From assembly GCA_947244325.1 (NCBI GenBank), contig CAMXJY010000002.1:26070-90069 (forward strand): a stretch of DNA of 64,000 nt, in the 5' to 3' direction. Under the pieces are notes generated by a model, which searched no databases, was not told the origin of the DNA, and saw only the letters and a list, made by a program, of their open reading frames with translations. This document shows positions 29,081 to 40,221 of this stretch, piece after piece. Numbering within the stretch: the stretch's first letter is position 1; each line of letters begins with the position of its first letter. The translations under genes were made by a program, and so were the position numbers. Origin of the DNA: an uncultured Clostridium sp. Its GTDB lineage: Bacteria; Bacillota; Clostridia; TANB77; CAG-508.

Positions 29081-30301
29081 ATGGAAGACGACGAATTTTC
29101 AGAATTTGAATCAGAAAAGAAAAGCTTAAAAATAAAATATACAATAACTATGTTTATTGTTGCAATAATAGTAGCAATAGTATCATCAGAATTTACATTA
29201 TTTTATTATAATAACCATAGTGTATTAAAAAAAGCAGAAGCATCTCAAAATGCTCAAGAAAATATAAATGTAATTGATTCTACATTAAAGAGTTTTAGAA
29301 AAGTAATAGATGAATGTTATATAGGTGAAATTGATGAACAGAAAATATTGGATGAAACTATAAAAGGATATATCAATGGACTAGATGATGAATATTCAGA
29401 ATATATGACAGCTAAAGAATGGGAAGAATTTGAAGCATCTGCGCTTGGAAATTATGTGGGTATTGGAATATATATGAGTGTAGACAAAAATAATAATATA
29501 GTTGTTGTAGCACCAATTAAAGGCACTCCAGCAGAAGCGGCAGGATTAGAAACAGGTGATGTAATTGTTAATGTAAATGATGAAAATGTTCTTGGTGCCA
29601 CTTCAGATGTTGTTTCTTCAAAAATAAAAGGAGAACCAGGAACAGAAGTAAAAATTACAGTATTAAGAGGAACAGAATATCTTGATTTTACTGTAAAAAG
29701 AGAAGAAATAAAGATTTATCATGTTGAAACAGAAATGTTAGAAAATAATATAGGTTATATATCTTTACTTACTTTTGACGAAGGCTGTGCTAAAGAATTA
29801 GAAGAAGCATATAAAAAGGTAAAATCGCAAGGAGCACAAAAAATTATTTTGGATTTAAGAAATAATACAGGCGGTCTTGTAGATGAAGCTTTAGATATTG
29901 CAGACTTAATAATTGAAAAAGATAAAACCTTGCTTGTAACAGTTGATTCAAAAGGAAATAAAGAAATAAGTAAAGCAGAAAAAACACCTATCATTAATGA
30001 GGAGATGATTGTGTTAGTAAATGAATTTTCTGCTAGTGCATCAGAAATTTTAGTTGGGGCTTTAAGAGATAATGAGAAAGCACAAGTAGTTGGAACAAAA
30101 ACATTTGGTAAAGGTGTAATACAAAGTGTATTTATGTTAAATGATGGAAGTGCACTAAAACTTACAGTAAATGAGTATTTTACTCCAAACGAAACTAAAA
30201 TTAATAAAGTTGGTATTGAACCTGATTATGTAGTAGAATTAAATGAAGAAACAGAAGATGATGAACAATTAAATAAAGCTATTGAATTATTAAAGCAATA
30301 A
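29081..30301 (+). CDS. ctpA: Carboxyl-terminal processing protease (S41) with a PDZ domain
   Basis: PDZ region GIGIYM...GTPAEAAGLETGDVI. S41 catalytic region GTKTFGKGVIQSV. Confidence 0.85.
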   Translation: MEDDEFSEFESEKKSLKIKYTITMFIVAIIVAIVSSEFTLFYYNNHSVLKKAEASQNAQENINVIDSTLKSFRKVIDECYIGEIDEQKILDETIKGYINGLDDEYSEYMTAKEWEEFEASALGNYVGIGIYMSVDKNNNIVVVAPIKGTPAEAAGLETGDVIVNVNDENVLGATSDVVSSKIKGEPGTEVKITVLRGTEYLDFTVKREEIKIYHVETEMLENNIGYISLLTFDEGCAKELEEAYKKVKSQGAQKIILDLRNNTGGLVDEALDIADLIIEKDKTLLVTVDSKGNKEISKAEKTPIINEEMIVLVNEFSASASEILVGALRDNEKAQVVGTKTFGKGVIQSVFMLNDGSALKLTVNEYFTPNETKINKVGIEPDYVVELNEETEDDEQLNKAIELLKQ

Positions 30302-30559
30302 TTTATACGAATCAATGATTTCCTATATATTGAAATTGTTGATTCGTATTTTTAGTATAAAAGTTTAGGTAAGTATTTAATGGAATAGGATATAAATTCC
30401 TTGATATAAAGCTTCTAAATAGAATTCTACAAAATTTTATTTTGCATAAATTTAATATAAAAAATTAAGATATTATTGTGAAAAAAATGTTATAAAATTG
30501 TTGCTTAAAAAACATATAAATGATAAAATTATATTGTGAAAAAATACGGGGTGGTACAT

Positions 30560-33199
30560 ATGATGGATTTGAATTATACAAATGAAGAGTTAAATGCACT
30601 AGAATTTTATATAAATGGAAAATATGAAGCTATCAATCAAATGCTTGTTAGTGATTGCGAATCTGACATAGCTTTGTTAAGTGACGAAACTGAAAATAAA
30701 TCAGTGGAAATTTCATATAGTAGATCTTCAGTGATTGAAAATTTAAGAAATATTAAATTAATATATAAGTTAATTTTAAAAGCATGTTATAAAAACCCCC
30801 GCAAAAAAATTACACTTTATAGAGGAACAAATATTGCAGAAGTAGAAAGAATAAGAAATGAAGTATATATTGATAAATTTTTAATTGCCTCAGATGTTAA
30901 AGAAAAAGCAGAAGAAAGATATGCAGCAGGATTTAATAGACCAGCAAGTATTAATATAACATTAGATAATAATATACCATATATATATGTAGATGATGTT
31001 TTTAAAGATGGTAAAGAGAAAAACACTGTAATAATTTTACCCTTTACCAAAATAAGGAAAATAACAGAATCTCTTGAAAGACAACTTGGAAATAATTCAA
31101 AATATTTAAAAACATTTGATGTAGAACTTGAGAAACAAGAGTTAGATCCACTAACAGATCAAGAAAGAAATGGGCTTTACACATATATATTAGAAAATGC
31201 ATATTTTATTAATAAAAAAATAGAGGACTGCATTAAACTTGAAAAAGAAAATTCAATTAACTTTGAAAGTATTCGTAAACTTGAACAATTATTAAATAAA
31301 TATGAAACATCAATAGAAGAAAAAGAAAATAATCCAGACTATTCAGATATAGAAAGAGAAAATGATTTTGCAGATGTTGCAAGAGTAAAAAGGGAATTAG
31401 AAGAGCTAAAAGAAGTTTCTACAAATTTATTTGAACTTAGAAAAGAAAACATAGATTTTGTAAATATGTGGAAAAGAAATATAGCTGTATATATGATAGC
31501 TGAATGTAAAGAAATTGAAAAATTATTTGAAGATTTAACACTTCCAGAACCTATAGAGGAAAAAGTTGAGATAGAAAATAAATTAGTAGAAATTCCAGTA
31601 ACTATAGTAGAGGAAAACGAAAATAAAGTTAAAGATGAGAATGAAATTAAAGGAGACATAATAAAAGAAGATATAAGTAAAGAAGTAACAGATATAAAAG
31701 AAGTTGTAGATAAAGAAGAAAATAATGAAAAAACTACGGATAACCAAAGCATACAAAAAGAAGATGATAAAGCTATAGAAAAAGAGTTTCCTATAGAACA
31801 AAAAAATGTGATTAATATATTAGATAAAATAGAAGAAAATTCAGATAAAATAGCTAAAAAAGATAAAGAAGTAGAGTCTAATGATGAAAATAGGGAAGAT
31901 ATAAATGCCCAATTAGAAAATATAGAAAATAATAAAGTAGTTAAACTATTTAATGATATTAATATAGAAAATACCAATAAAGAATTAGAAGTTACAGAAA
32001 AAGATATAGAAGTTAAAGATATAAAAGATAGTTTATCTGATAATAGTATTAAATTAGAATTTGAAATTGAACAAAAATTAAAAAACATAGAAGAAAGCTT
32101 TAAGCCAGAAAAAACTTTAGCTACTGTTTCAGTAGGTGATATGAATTTGAATAATAAAGAAGATATTCAAGAAACTAAAATAGTGTCTATTATACCAAAA
32201 GTAGAAGAAAAAGAAATTGATGATCCGCTTTATAAAAAAGTTAAAGAAGAATCAAAAGAAAATATACAAGCAGGAGAAAAGCTTTTAGAAGATATAAATA
32301 GTTTAATATCCAAACAACAAAATCATGCTAAAATTGCAGGGAATATGGGAGCTTCGTATAGTGCTCTGAACAATGCATTTGATATGAGAAAAGCTGCTGA
32401 AAGCTTATTAGAATTACTAAAAAATATAAATTTAAAAATAAAAGCAATATGTGAGCAAGAAAAGAATAAAGATATTGAAGAATCATTAGAAAAAATATCT
32501 AAAGTTAACATAGAAATAAGTACATTAATGAATTATTTAAATAATCCTAAAATAGCTGTAAGAAACAGTAAAGCTAATAGATTTGATGAAATAGCAATCA
32601 TAGAAGAAAATGAATTAAAAAGAGGAATTGCAGAAAAAATTAGAGAAATTAGAGGAGAAGCTGAACTAAAGAAATTAAAAGATGATTTAGAAATTATAGA
32701 AGATAAAGGAACAATTAGTAGAATTATTGGTATGATAACTGGAAGAAATAAACTAGATGATTTAATGATTGATCAAATAGAAATTAGACAAAAAGCAATT
32801 AGAAGAACATTATCAAAAAAATTAAGTTTGGCACATAATTATAGTATACATGAATTAATGGCAGAAATAGTGATGTTTATTGAAGAAAATGAAGATGATG
32901 AATTAGTAGAAAGCGATGTAGCTGAACTAAAAAAATTAGCGGAAGAACTTAGAAGAAATTACATAGTATTAGAATCGAAAGTTCAAAGTATAGTTGAAGA
33001 AAAAGAGGGAAGTAATTTACCATTAGATGATAGAAAAATAACCAAACAAGAAATGTTAGAAATTGAAACATATAGATTTTTAAACAAATATGGATATGAT
33101 TTATCAAATAATGATAGAGAAGAACCCAAATATCAAGATACAATGGCAAGTGAAATTGCTAGAATAATTGAGTATATTAATAGTTCAAGAATATTATAG
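30560..33199 (+). CDS. Large cytoplasmic protein with an N-terminal ADP-ribosyltransferase-like region (LYRGT present, but the STS and ExE motifs are degenerate) followed by a roughly 700-aa Glu/Lys-rich coiled coil
   Basis: ART-like features: LEFYINGKYEAINQML ... ITLYRGTN ... FLIASDV ... DGKEKNTVIILP. There is no signal peptide. The long tail is a heptad-rich E/K sequence. Confidence 0.55.
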   Translation: MMDLNYTNEELNALEFYINGKYEAINQMLVSDCESDIALLSDETENKSVEISYSRSSVIENLRNIKLIYKLILKACYKNPRKKITLYRGTNIAEVERIRNEVYIDKFLIASDVKEKAEERYAAGFNRPASINITLDNNIPYIYVDDVFKDGKEKNTVIILPFTKIRKITESLERQLGNNSKYLKTFDVELEKQELDPLTDQERNGLYTYILENAYFINKKIEDCIKLEKENSINFESIRKLEQLLNKYETSIEEKENNPDYSDIERENDFADVARVKRELEELKEVSTNLFELRKENIDFVNMWKRNIAVYMIAECKEIEKLFEDLTLPEPIEEKVEIENKLVEIPVTIVEENENKVKDENEIKGDIIKEDISKEVTDIKEVVDKEENNEKTTDNQSIQKEDDKAIEKEFPIEQKNVINILDKIEENSDKIAKKDKEVESNDENREDINAQLENIENNKVVKLFNDINIENTNKELEVTEKDIEVKDIKDSLSDNSIKLEFEIEQKLKNIEESFKPEKTLATVSVGDMNLNNKEDIQETKIVSIIPKVEEKEIDDPLYKKVKEESKENIQAGEKLLEDINSLISKQQNHAKIAGNMGASYSALNNAFDMRKAAESLLELLKNINLKIKAICEQEKNKDIEESLEKISKVNIEISTLMNYLNNPKIAVRNSKANRFDEIAIIEENELKRGIAEKIREIRGEAELKKLKDDLEIIEDKGTISRIIGMITGRNKLDDLMIDQIEIRQKAIRRTLSKKLSLAHNYSIHELMAEIVMFIEENEDDELVESDVAELKKLAEELRRNYIVLESKVQSIVEEKEGSNLPLDDRKITKQEMLEIETYRFLNKYGYDLSNNDREEPKYQDTMASEIARIIEYINSSRIL

Positions 33200-33260
33200 T
33201 GTTATTATGCAAAAGATAAACATGAAAACTTAAGTTTGTGAGACGAATAGGAGAAAAGTA

Positions 33261-34295
33261 ATGGAAGATTCTAACAAAAATGAAAAAGACAAAAAAGTAG
33301 AAGAAGTAGAAAGTAAGAAGAATGATGATACAGTAAAGATTAAAATTGGAACAGTAGGTAACTTTATATTAGCTGCATTTGTAATATTAATAATTGGAAC
33401 TGGAGCATTAACTTATTATTTAATACATACGGCAAAAGATGATTATGATAAACAATATAATGAAATTATTTCTAATTTACCAATTAATAATATAGTAGAA
33501 GAAGAGGAGCAAGTAGATGATACAGTAGCAAATATGATAGGCTCTGTAATATCAGATGTAACAAATCAAACGTCAAATACAACAGTTGCAACAGATGGAG
33601 CAAATTCAAGAAAAATATTAAATGAGGAATTAGTTGTTTTATATAATGGTTTAGTATTAGAAACAGGAACAATGGATGAAGTTACATTAAAATATATTGA
33701 TGGATTAGCTGATGCTTCAGATAAATATGTAATAACATATTATAATTATGAAAATTATAGTTTTCAGAATTCTAAACTAGGAACATTATCAACACAAGTT
33801 TATGAAGGTTTAGTTAAAATAGATAATGTTGGAAAAATAGCAATTTCAGAAGATTACGATGCTATACCAAGAGATGTAAAAGTAGTAAATACAATGCCGA
33901 CAATTGTATCAGATAATAATCCTAAAGTTGCCGATTATGATACAATAAAAACTTTAATAACAGATTTAGATGGTAATGGAACAGATGAATATATATTAAT
34001 ACTTGCAAATAAAACAACAGGTTTTTCAAAAATTACTCTTATAGATTCTAAAGGTTCAAAAATAGCGGATTTAGCATCAATAGAAAAAAGTAAATGGAAA
34101 CAAGAAACAAATGCAGAATATTATTTAAGTATAAGTAATGTAGAAATAATTGATGTTGATAATGATGGGGTTATGGAGATAGTATTAGAAATACCTCAAG
34201 CAACAGGAAATCCAACTGTAAGTTTATTAAAATATAGAAATGGTGAATTACAAGGGAAAACAGACATACAATGTTCTTTACTTGTAAAAGAATAG
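33261..34295 (+). CDS. Membrane-anchored protein with FG-GAP/VCBS-like Ca-binding repeats (DLDGNGTDEYIL, DVDNDGVMEIVL)
   Basis: N-terminal TM at about aa 30-55. Repeats of the DxDxDGxxE type lie in the C-terminal half. Confidence 0.55.
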   Translation: MEDSNKNEKDKKVEEVESKKNDDTVKIKIGTVGNFILAAFVILIIGTGALTYYLIHTAKDDYDKQYNEIISNLPINNIVEEEEQVDDTVANMIGSVISDVTNQTSNTTVATDGANSRKILNEELVVLYNGLVLETGTMDEVTLKYIDGLADASDKYVITYYNYENYSFQNSKLGTLSTQVYEGLVKIDNVGKIAISEDYDAIPRDVKVVNTMPTIVSDNNPKVADYDTIKTLITDLDGNGTDEYILILANKTTGFSKITLIDSKGSKIADLASIEKSKWKQETNAEYYLSISNVEIIDVDNDGVMEIVLEIPQATGNPTVSLLKYRNGELQGKTDIQCSLLVKE

Positions 34296-34354
34296 AAAAG
34301 ATATATTTGATATAAAAAATACAAATAAAAAGGGAACGTAAAAAAGTTCCATGA

Positions 34355-34386
34355 AAAATGAGTGAATTTCTTCACTCATTTTTTTG
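34355..34386 (+). terminator. Rho-independent terminator
   Basis: aaaaatgagtgaa-tttc-ttcactcattttttt. Confidence 0.65.
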
Positions 34387-34407
34387 TAAAAAAATGGTAA
34401 AAATGTG

Positions 34408-34692
34408 TTGACAAAGGCTTATACGCGTAGTATAATAGATAAGCGTAAGATAGAGCGAAGAAGCAGAATGTGGCTACACTAAAAGGTGGAGGGAACTTCT
34501 GTGGAGTATGTCTTGGCTTAGACCGGGCGATAAGTTTGATAAATGTACATACTTATCCAAGAATTTTATGTTTCAATTATATATTGAATACTAATGATAG
34601 CTTGGATTTTAAAATGGGTTTATAAGAAACACTAGGGTACGTTGATAACTTGCCGTTAGCCATAATATTTATTTAAGGAGGGAAATTTAAAA
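34408..34692 (+). promoter_or_regulatory. Consensus sigma-A promoter (TTGACA, 17 nt, TATAAT) and a roughly 250-nt leader of the S10 ribosomal protein operon
   Basis: Perfect -35 at 34408-34413 and -10 at 34431-34436. A long GC-richer leader precedes the rpsJ RBS aaggaggg. Confidence 0.7.
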
Positions 34693-35022
34693 ATGGCAAC
34701 ATCAAACACAAAAGTAGGAAGTGACAAAATTAGAATAAGATTAAAAGCTTATGATTATGTTGTTTTAGATCAGTCTGCTGAAAAAATAGTAGATACTGCT
34801 AAGAGAACAGGAGCTAAAGTTTCAGGTCCTATTCCACTTCCAACAGAAAAAGAGATTGTAACAATTTTACGTTCTCCACACAAACACAAAGATTCAAGAG
34901 AACAATTTGAAATGAGAACACACAAAAGAGTTATAGATATTCTTTATCCAACACAAAAAACAGTTGATAGCTTAATGAAATTAGAGTTACCAGCAGGTGT
35001 TGATATAGAAATTAAGCTATAA
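34693..35022 (+). CDS. rpsJ: 30S ribosomal protein S10
   Basis: [10 protein letters not shown]...[15 protein letters not shown]10 signature. Confidence 0.93.
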   Translation: MATSNTKVGSDKIRIRLKAYDYVVLDQSAEKIVDTAKRTGAKVSGPIPLPTEKEIVTILRSPHKHKDSREQFEMRTHKRVIDILYPTQKTVDSLMKLELPAGVDIEIKL

Positions 35023-35166
35023 CTTAATGAAAGCGAGCGTTAGCGAAGCTTGAATTTAGTTAGAGCTATATGCAAAGCTAAATTATATTATATAATAAAT
35101 ATTAAAAAATCAAACCAAGCTGCGGTTAGCTATGCTAGTCACAGCCAATAGTAGGAGGAAAAATAA

Positions 35167-35805
35167 GTGAAAACATTAATAGGAAGAAAAGTTGGAATGA
35201 CTCAAATATTTGATGAAAAAGGATTAGTTATTCCAGTAACAGTTATAGAAGCTGGACCATGTTCAGTAGTACAAATCAAAACAGTTGAAACTGATGGATA
35301 TGATGCAGTTCAATTAGGATTTGGAGAAGTTAAAGAATATAAAGTTAACAAACCAGAGCAAGGACATTTCAAAAAAGCATCTGTAAAACCATTAAAACAT
35401 TTAAGAGAATTTAGAGCATGTGCAGAATGCTTAGCAAATGTTAAAGTTGGAGATGAAATAAAAGTAGATACTTTCTCAGTAGGAGATAAAGTAGATATTC
35501 AAGGAATAACAAAAGGAAAAGGTTTCCAAGGTGTTATTAAACGTCATGGACAATCAAGAGGACCTATGGGACATGGTTCTATGTATCATAGAAGACCAGG
35601 ATCAATGGGACCTTGCGCAACACCAGGTAGAGTATTTAAAGGAAAGAAACTTCCTGGACATATGGGTGTTGATAAAGTTACTGTACAAAATTTAGAGATT
35701 GTAAAAGTAGATTTAGATAAAAATGCTATATTAATAAAAGGTTCAGTACCTGGAAATAAAGGTAGCATATTAAAAATAAAAAATGCAGTTAAAGCATCTA
35801 AATAA
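35167..35805 (+). CDS. rplC: 50S ribosomal protein L3 (GTG start)
   Basis: [10 protein letters not shown]...[13 protein letters not shown]3 motifs. RBS gtaggagga. Confidence 0.93.
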   Translation: MKTLIGRKVGMTQIFDEKGLVIPVTVIEAGPCSVVQIKTVETDGYDAVQLGFGEVKEYKVNKPEQGHFKKASVKPLKHLREFRACAECLANVKVGDEIKVDTFSVGDKVDIQGITKGKGFQGVIKRHGQSRGPMGHGSMYHRRPGSMGPCATPGRVFKGKKLPGHMGVDKVTVQNLEIVKVDLDKNAILIKGSVPGNKGSILKIKNAVKASK

Positions 35806-35824
35806 GAGGAAGGAGGAAGATTAA

Positions 35825-36448
35825 ATGCCTAGTATAGATGTATATAATGTAGAAGGAAAAAAGGTTAAAACAGTAGATTTAAAAGAAGAAATCTTTGGAA
35901 TAGAGCCAAATGAAGCTGTTGTTCACAGTGTTTTAGTTAATTACTTAGCTAATCAAAGACAAGGAACACAAAGCACAAAAACAAGAGCTGAAGTAAGAGG
36001 CGGTGGAAGAAAACCTTGGAGACAAAAAGGAACAGGTAGAGCAAGACAAGGATCTATAAGAGCTCCACAATGGATTAAAGGTGGTATCGCTTTAGGACCA
36101 AAACCAAGATCTTATAAATACAGAGTTAATAGAAAAGAAAGACAATTAGCAATTAAATCTTTATTAAGTTCTAAAGTATTAGAAAATAATTTAGTAGTTG
36201 TTGATAAATTTGATTTTAAAGAAATCAAAACAAAACAAATGGCAAATGCTATGAAAAACCTAAAAGTTGAAGAAAAAGCTTTAATAGTATTACCAGCAAG
36301 CAATGAGGTAGTTCAAAAATCAGCTAGAAACTTAGCAAATGTTGGAACAAGTTCTGTAAATACAATAAATGTATATGATTTATTAAAATACAAGAAATTA
36401 GTTTTAACAGTAGATACAATAAAAAAATTAGAGGAGGTGTATGCTTAA
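35825..36448 (+). CDS. rplD: 50S ribosomal protein L4
   Basis: [21 protein letters not shown]4 signature. Confidence 0.93.
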   Translation: MPSIDVYNVEGKKVKTVDLKEEIFGIEPNEAVVHSVLVNYLANQRQGTQSTKTRAEVRGGGRKPWRQKGTGRARQGSIRAPQWIKGGIALGPKPRSYKYRVNRKERQLAIKSLLSSKVLENNLVVVDKFDFKEIKTKQMANAMKNLKVEEKALIVLPASNEVVQKSARNLANVGTSSVNTINVYDLLKYKKLVLTVDTIKKLEEVYA

Positions 36449-36797
36449 GATGGTAGCAGAAGATATTATAATAGCACCAGTAGTTACTGAAAAAAGTAGC
36501 ACTGATATGCAAGAAGGTAAATACACTTTCAGAGTTGCAAAAAAAGCAACAAAAGTTGAAATTAAAAATGCTGTTGAAAAATTATTTGAAGTAAAAGTAT
36601 TAAAAGTAAATACTATGACAGTAAAAGGAAAAGAAAAAAGAGTTGGAGTACACCAAGGTAGAACATCAGATTGGAAAAAAGCTATAGTTACTATAGATAC
36701 AAATGTATCTGATATGAAATACCTAGGAAAAGGTGGAAAAGAAGTTAAAATAAGCAAAAAATATAAGGATTCTATTGATGAATTTATAGGTGCTTAA
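36441..36797 (+). CDS. rplW: 50S ribosomal protein L23
   Basis: APVVTEKSS...[23 protein letters not shown]23 signature. It overlaps the rplD stop. Confidence 0.9.
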   Translation: MLKMVAEDIIIAPVVTEKSSTDMQEGKYTFRVAKKATKVEIKNAVEKLFEVKVLKVNTMTVKGKEKRVGVHQGRTSDWKKAIVTIDTNVSDMKYLGKGGKEVKISKKYKDSIDEFIGA

Positions 36798-36980
36798 TTA
36801 TAATAAACTTCGTCTAGCGTCGTTAATCATCATTAAAAATTTAATTTACATACAGTTCGTATGCGCATTAAATTTTTAATTCGATTGCCTAGCTATACTT
36901 GTTTCTTATAATTAATCACATAAATTAAAAATTATCGGGAAATAACCCGGAAAATAAATTATAAAAGGAGAGAAACAAAA

Positions 36981-37808
36981 ATGGGAATTAAACATTTTAA
37001 ACCATACACACCATCAAGAAGAAATATGACAACATCAACATATGAAGAAATTACTAAAAAAACTCCAGAAAAATCTCTACTTGCTACAAAAAAGAAAAAT
37101 GCTGGTAGAAATTCTTATGGAAGAATAACAGTAAGACATCAAGGTGGTGGAAACAGACAAAAATATAGAATTATAGATTTTAAAAGATTAAAAGATAATG
37201 AAGTAGCAACTGTTATAGGAATCGAATATGATCCAAACAGAAGTGCAAACATTGCTTTAATAGAGTATGAAGATGGAACAAAAAGTTATATCTTAGCTCC
37301 ACAAGGATTAACAGATGGAGATAAAGTAGTTTCTGGAGAAAACGTAGATATAAAACCAGGAAATGCAATGCCAATATCAAATATACCTGTTGGTACATTA
37401 ATTCACAATATAGAATTAAATCCAGGTCAAGGTGGAAAATTAGTAAGATCAGCTGGGCAAGAAGCTCAATTGATGGCTAAAGAAGGAGCTTATGCTCATG
37501 TAAGATTACCATCTGGAGAAATGAGATTAATATCAGTAAGATGTAGAGCTACAATAGGAACTATTGGAAATAGCGACCATGAAAACATCAAATTAGGTAA
37601 AGCTGGTAGAAAAAGACATATGGGTATTAGACCTACAGTTAGAGGATCTGTTATGAACCCTAATGATCACCCTCATGGTGGTGGTGAAGGTAGAGCACCA
37701 GTTGGACATAGTGGACCTATGACTCCTTGGGGTAAACCAGCACTTGGATATAAAACAAGAAATAAAAAGAAACAATCAAATAAATTTATCGTTAAGAGAA
37801 GAAAGTAA
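36981..37808 (+). CDS. rplB: 50S ribosomal protein L2
   Basis: PSRRNMT...[13 protein letters not shown]...[10 protein letters not shown]2 motifs. Confidence 0.95.
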   Translation: MGIKHFKPYTPSRRNMTTSTYEEITKKTPEKSLLATKKKNAGRNSYGRITVRHQGGGNRQKYRIIDFKRLKDNEVATVIGIEYDPNRSANIALIEYEDGTKSYILAPQGLTDGDKVVSGENVDIKPGNAMPISNIPVGTLIHNIELNPGQGGKLVRSAGQEAQLMAKEGAYAHVRLPSGEMRLISVRCRATIGTIGNSDHENIKLGKAGRKRHMGIRPTVRGSVMNPNDHPHGGGEGRAPVGHSGPMTPWGKPALGYKTRNKKKQSNKFIVKRRK

Positions 37809-37900
37809 GATAGCTGTTTGAAACGTAAAAATTTACAGATATCTTATGCAACAAATAAGAATAGTTGCAAACATTATTAATAATAGAAGGGAGAAAACTT

Positions 37901-38176
37901 ATGTCAAGATCAAGTAAGAAAATACCTTACGTAGCACCAAAACTTTTAAAAAGAGTTGAAGCTATGAACGAAACAGGAAAAAAAGAAGTTTTAAAAACAT
38001 GGTCAAGAGCATCTACAATATATCCACAAATGGTAGGACATACAATAGCTGTTCATGATGGAAGAAAACATGTTCCTGTATATATTTCAGAAGAAATGAT
38101 CGGTCATAAATTAGGAGAATTTGCTCCTACAAGAACATTTAAAGGACACGCAGGAGATAAAACAACAAAAAAATAA
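37901..38176 (+). CDS. rpsS: 30S ribosomal protein S19
   Basis: MSRSSKK...[18 protein letters not shown]19 signature. Confidence 0.93.
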   Translation: MSRSSKKIPYVAPKLLKRVEAMNETGKKEVLKTWSRASTIYPQMVGHTIAVHDGRKHVPVYISEEMIGHKLGEFAPTRTFKGHAGDKTTKK

Positions 38177-38201
38177 AAATTAATTATGGGAGGATATAAC
38201 A

Positions 38202-38558
38202 GTGGAAGAGAAAACTCAAGTAGCTGAAGCTAGAGCAACTCTAAGTTATGCTAGAATAGCACCTAGAAAGGTAAAAATTGTAGCAGACTTAATGAGAGGT
38301 AAAAGTGTAGAAGAAGCACAAAGAATAGCAAAATTTGCACCAAAAGCTTCAAGTGATATATTAGAAAAATTATTAAATTCAGCTATTGCAAATGCTGAAA
38401 ATAATCATTTCATGAATAGAGCTAACCTTTATGTTGCAGAAATATATGCAAATCAAGGTCCAACTTTAAAAAGAATAAGACCAGCTGCAAAAGGTTCAGC
38501 AGTAAGAATTAGAAAAAGAACAAGTCATATAACAATAGTTTTAAGAGAGAGTAAATAA
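38202..38558 (+). CDS. rplV: 50S ribosomal protein L22 (GTG start)
   Basis: [24 protein letters not shown]22 signature. Confidence 0.93.
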   Translation: MEEKTQVAEARATLSYARIAPRKVKIVADLMRGKSVEEAQRIAKFAPKASSDILEKLLNSAIANAENNHFMNRANLYVAEIYANQGPTLKRIRPAAKGSAVRIRKRTSHITIVLRESK

Positions 38559-38578
38559 AAGAAAGGAGGATATTTACG

Positions 38579-39238
38579 ATGGGACAAAAAGTTCATCCAA
38601 ATGGTATAAGAGTAGGTGTTATTAGAGAATGGAGCTCTAAATGGTATGCAGATTCTAAAAACTTTAGTGATTACTTAGTAGAAGACCATAAAATTCGTGA
38701 ATATGTGAAAAAGAAACTATTTATTAGTGGAATTTCAAAAATAGAAATCGAAAGAACTGCTAAATTCGTAAAAGTTAATGTTTATACAGCTAAACCAGGT
38801 TTAGTTATAGGAAAAGGTGGAAACCTTTCAGAAGCATTAAAAGCAGAACTTGAAAAAATGATTAAAAAAGAAGTAAACTTAAATATAGTTGAGGTTAAAA
38901 ATGTTGATACAGATGCACAATTAGTTGCTGAAAGTATTGCAAATCAATTAGAAAGAAGAATTTCATTTAGAAGAGCAATGAAACAATCAATGCAAAAAGC
39001 TATGAAAGCTGGAGCATTAGGAATAAAAACAGCTGTATCTGGAAGATTAGGTGGAGCTGATATGGCAAGAACAGAATTTTATAAAGAAGGTACAATACCA
39101 CTTCAAACTTTAAGAGCTGACATAGACTATGGATTCTATGAAGCAGATACTACTTATGGAAAAATAGGTGTAAAAGTTTGGATTTATAAAGGTGAAGTTC
39201 TTCCAGCTAAAAAAGAAGCAAAAGGAGGTAACGACTAA
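38579..39238 (+). CDS. rpsC: 30S ribosomal protein S3
   Basis: [15 protein letters not shown]-domain N-terminus of S3. Confidence 0.95.
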   Translation: MGQKVHPNGIRVGVIREWSSKWYADSKNFSDYLVEDHKIREYVKKKLFISGISKIEIERTAKFVKVNVYTAKPGLVIGKGGNLSEALKAELEKMIKKEVNLNIVEVKNVDTDAQLVAESIANQLERRISFRRAMKQSMQKAMKAGALGIKTAVSGRLGGADMARTEFYKEGTIPLQTLRADIDYGFYEADTTYGKIGVKVWIYKGEVLPAKKEAKGGND

Positions 39239-39669
39239 TGCCATTATTACCAAAAAGAACAAAATATAGAAAAATGCAAAAAGGTAGAAATAGAGGAAAA
39301 GCAACAAGAGGAAATGTAGTAAATGAAGGAGAATACGGATTACAAGCTACAACAGCAGGATGGATTAAATCTAATCAAATAGAAGCTGCCAGAGTTGCAT
39401 TAACACGTTATATAAAAAGAGGTGGAAAAGTTTGGATAAAAATATTTCCAGACAAACCAGTAACAAAGAAACCAGCTGAGACTCGTATGGGTAAAGGTAA
39501 AGGAGCTCCAGAATATTGGGTAGCTGTTGTAAAACCAGGAAGAGTTATGTTTGAAATAGAAGGTGTATCAGAAGATATTGCAAGAGAAGCATTAAGACTT
39601 GCTGCTCAAAAATTACCTGTTCAAACAAAATTTGTAAAAAGAGAAAATGAAGTAGGCGGTGATGAATAG
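39238..39669 (+). CDS. rplP: 50S ribosomal protein L16
   Basis: [11 protein letters not shown]...RMGKGKG L16 motifs. Confidence 0.95.
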   Translation: MPLLPKRTKYRKMQKGRNRGKATRGNVVNEGEYGLQATTAGWIKSNQIEAARVALTRYIKRGGKVWIKIFPDKPVTKKPAETRMGKGKGAPEYWVAVVKPGRVMFEIEGVSEDIAREALRLAAQKLPVQTKFVKRENEVGGDE

Positions 39670-39870
39670 ATGAAGAATAATAAATTAAAAGAAATGTCTT
39701 CACCTGAGCTAGAAAAAGAGCTAAGTGAATTAAAATCAGAATTGTTTAAATTAAGATTCAGCCTAGCTACAAATGGATTAGATAATCCACTAAAAGTAAG
39801 AGAAGTTAGAAAAAATATAGCTAGAATCAAAACAATTTTAAGAGAAAGAGAATTAAAAAATAATCAATAA
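39670..39870 (+). CDS. rpmC: 50S ribosomal protein L29
   Basis: 66-aa helical protein of the L29 family. Its position between rplP and rpsQ fits. Confidence 0.9.
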   Translation: MKNNKLKEMSSPELEKELSELKSELFKLRFSLATNGLDNPLKVREVRKNIARIKTILRERELKNNQ

Positions 39871-39896
39871 TAAAATTAAGAAAGGAGAAAATCCTA

Positions 39897-40160
39897 ATGG
39901 AGGAAAGAAATCTTCGTAAAACAATGATAGGAACAGTTGTATCAGATAAAATGGATAAAACAGTTGTAGTAGCAGTAGAAACAAGTGTTGCACATCCAAT
40001 TTATAATAAAACTGTAAAAAGAACATATAAATTAAAAGCTCACGATGAAGAAAATGTATGTGGTGCTGGAGATAAAGTTAAAGTTATGGAAACAAGACCT
40101 TTATCAAAAGATAAAAGATACAGGGTAGTTGAAGTCGTTGAGAAAGCAATAAAAAAATAG
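39897..40160 (+). CDS. rpsQ: 30S ribosomal protein S17
   Basis: [23 protein letters not shown]17 N-terminus. Confidence 0.93.
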   Translation: MEERNLRKTMIGTVVSDKMDKTVVVAVETSVAHPIYNKTVKRTYKLKAHDEENVCGAGDKVKVMETRPLSKDKRYRVVEVVEKAIKK

Positions 40161-40221
40161 AATTTAAAATATCTTGAAAGATTATTCTGAAGAGATAAAT
40201 TAAAAAGGAGGAACTAGAATA

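Noticed and set aside
31339-32088. A 249-aa minus-strand ORF rich in Ser, Phe, Leu and Ile, lying inside the big coiled-coil gene
   Set aside because: It is the antisense of a GAA/AAA-rich coding region and lacks an RBS. This is a typical shadow ORF in AT-rich DNA.
30560-33199. Calling the 880-aa E/K-rich protein a canonical ADP-ribosylating toxin
   Set aside because: The STS and ExE motifs are not intact (ASD; E-K-N). Only an ART-like or degenerate assignment is justified from sequence.
36428-36757. A 109-aa minus-strand ORF overlapping rplW
   Set aside because: It is an antisense shadow ORF within conserved r-protein coding sequence.
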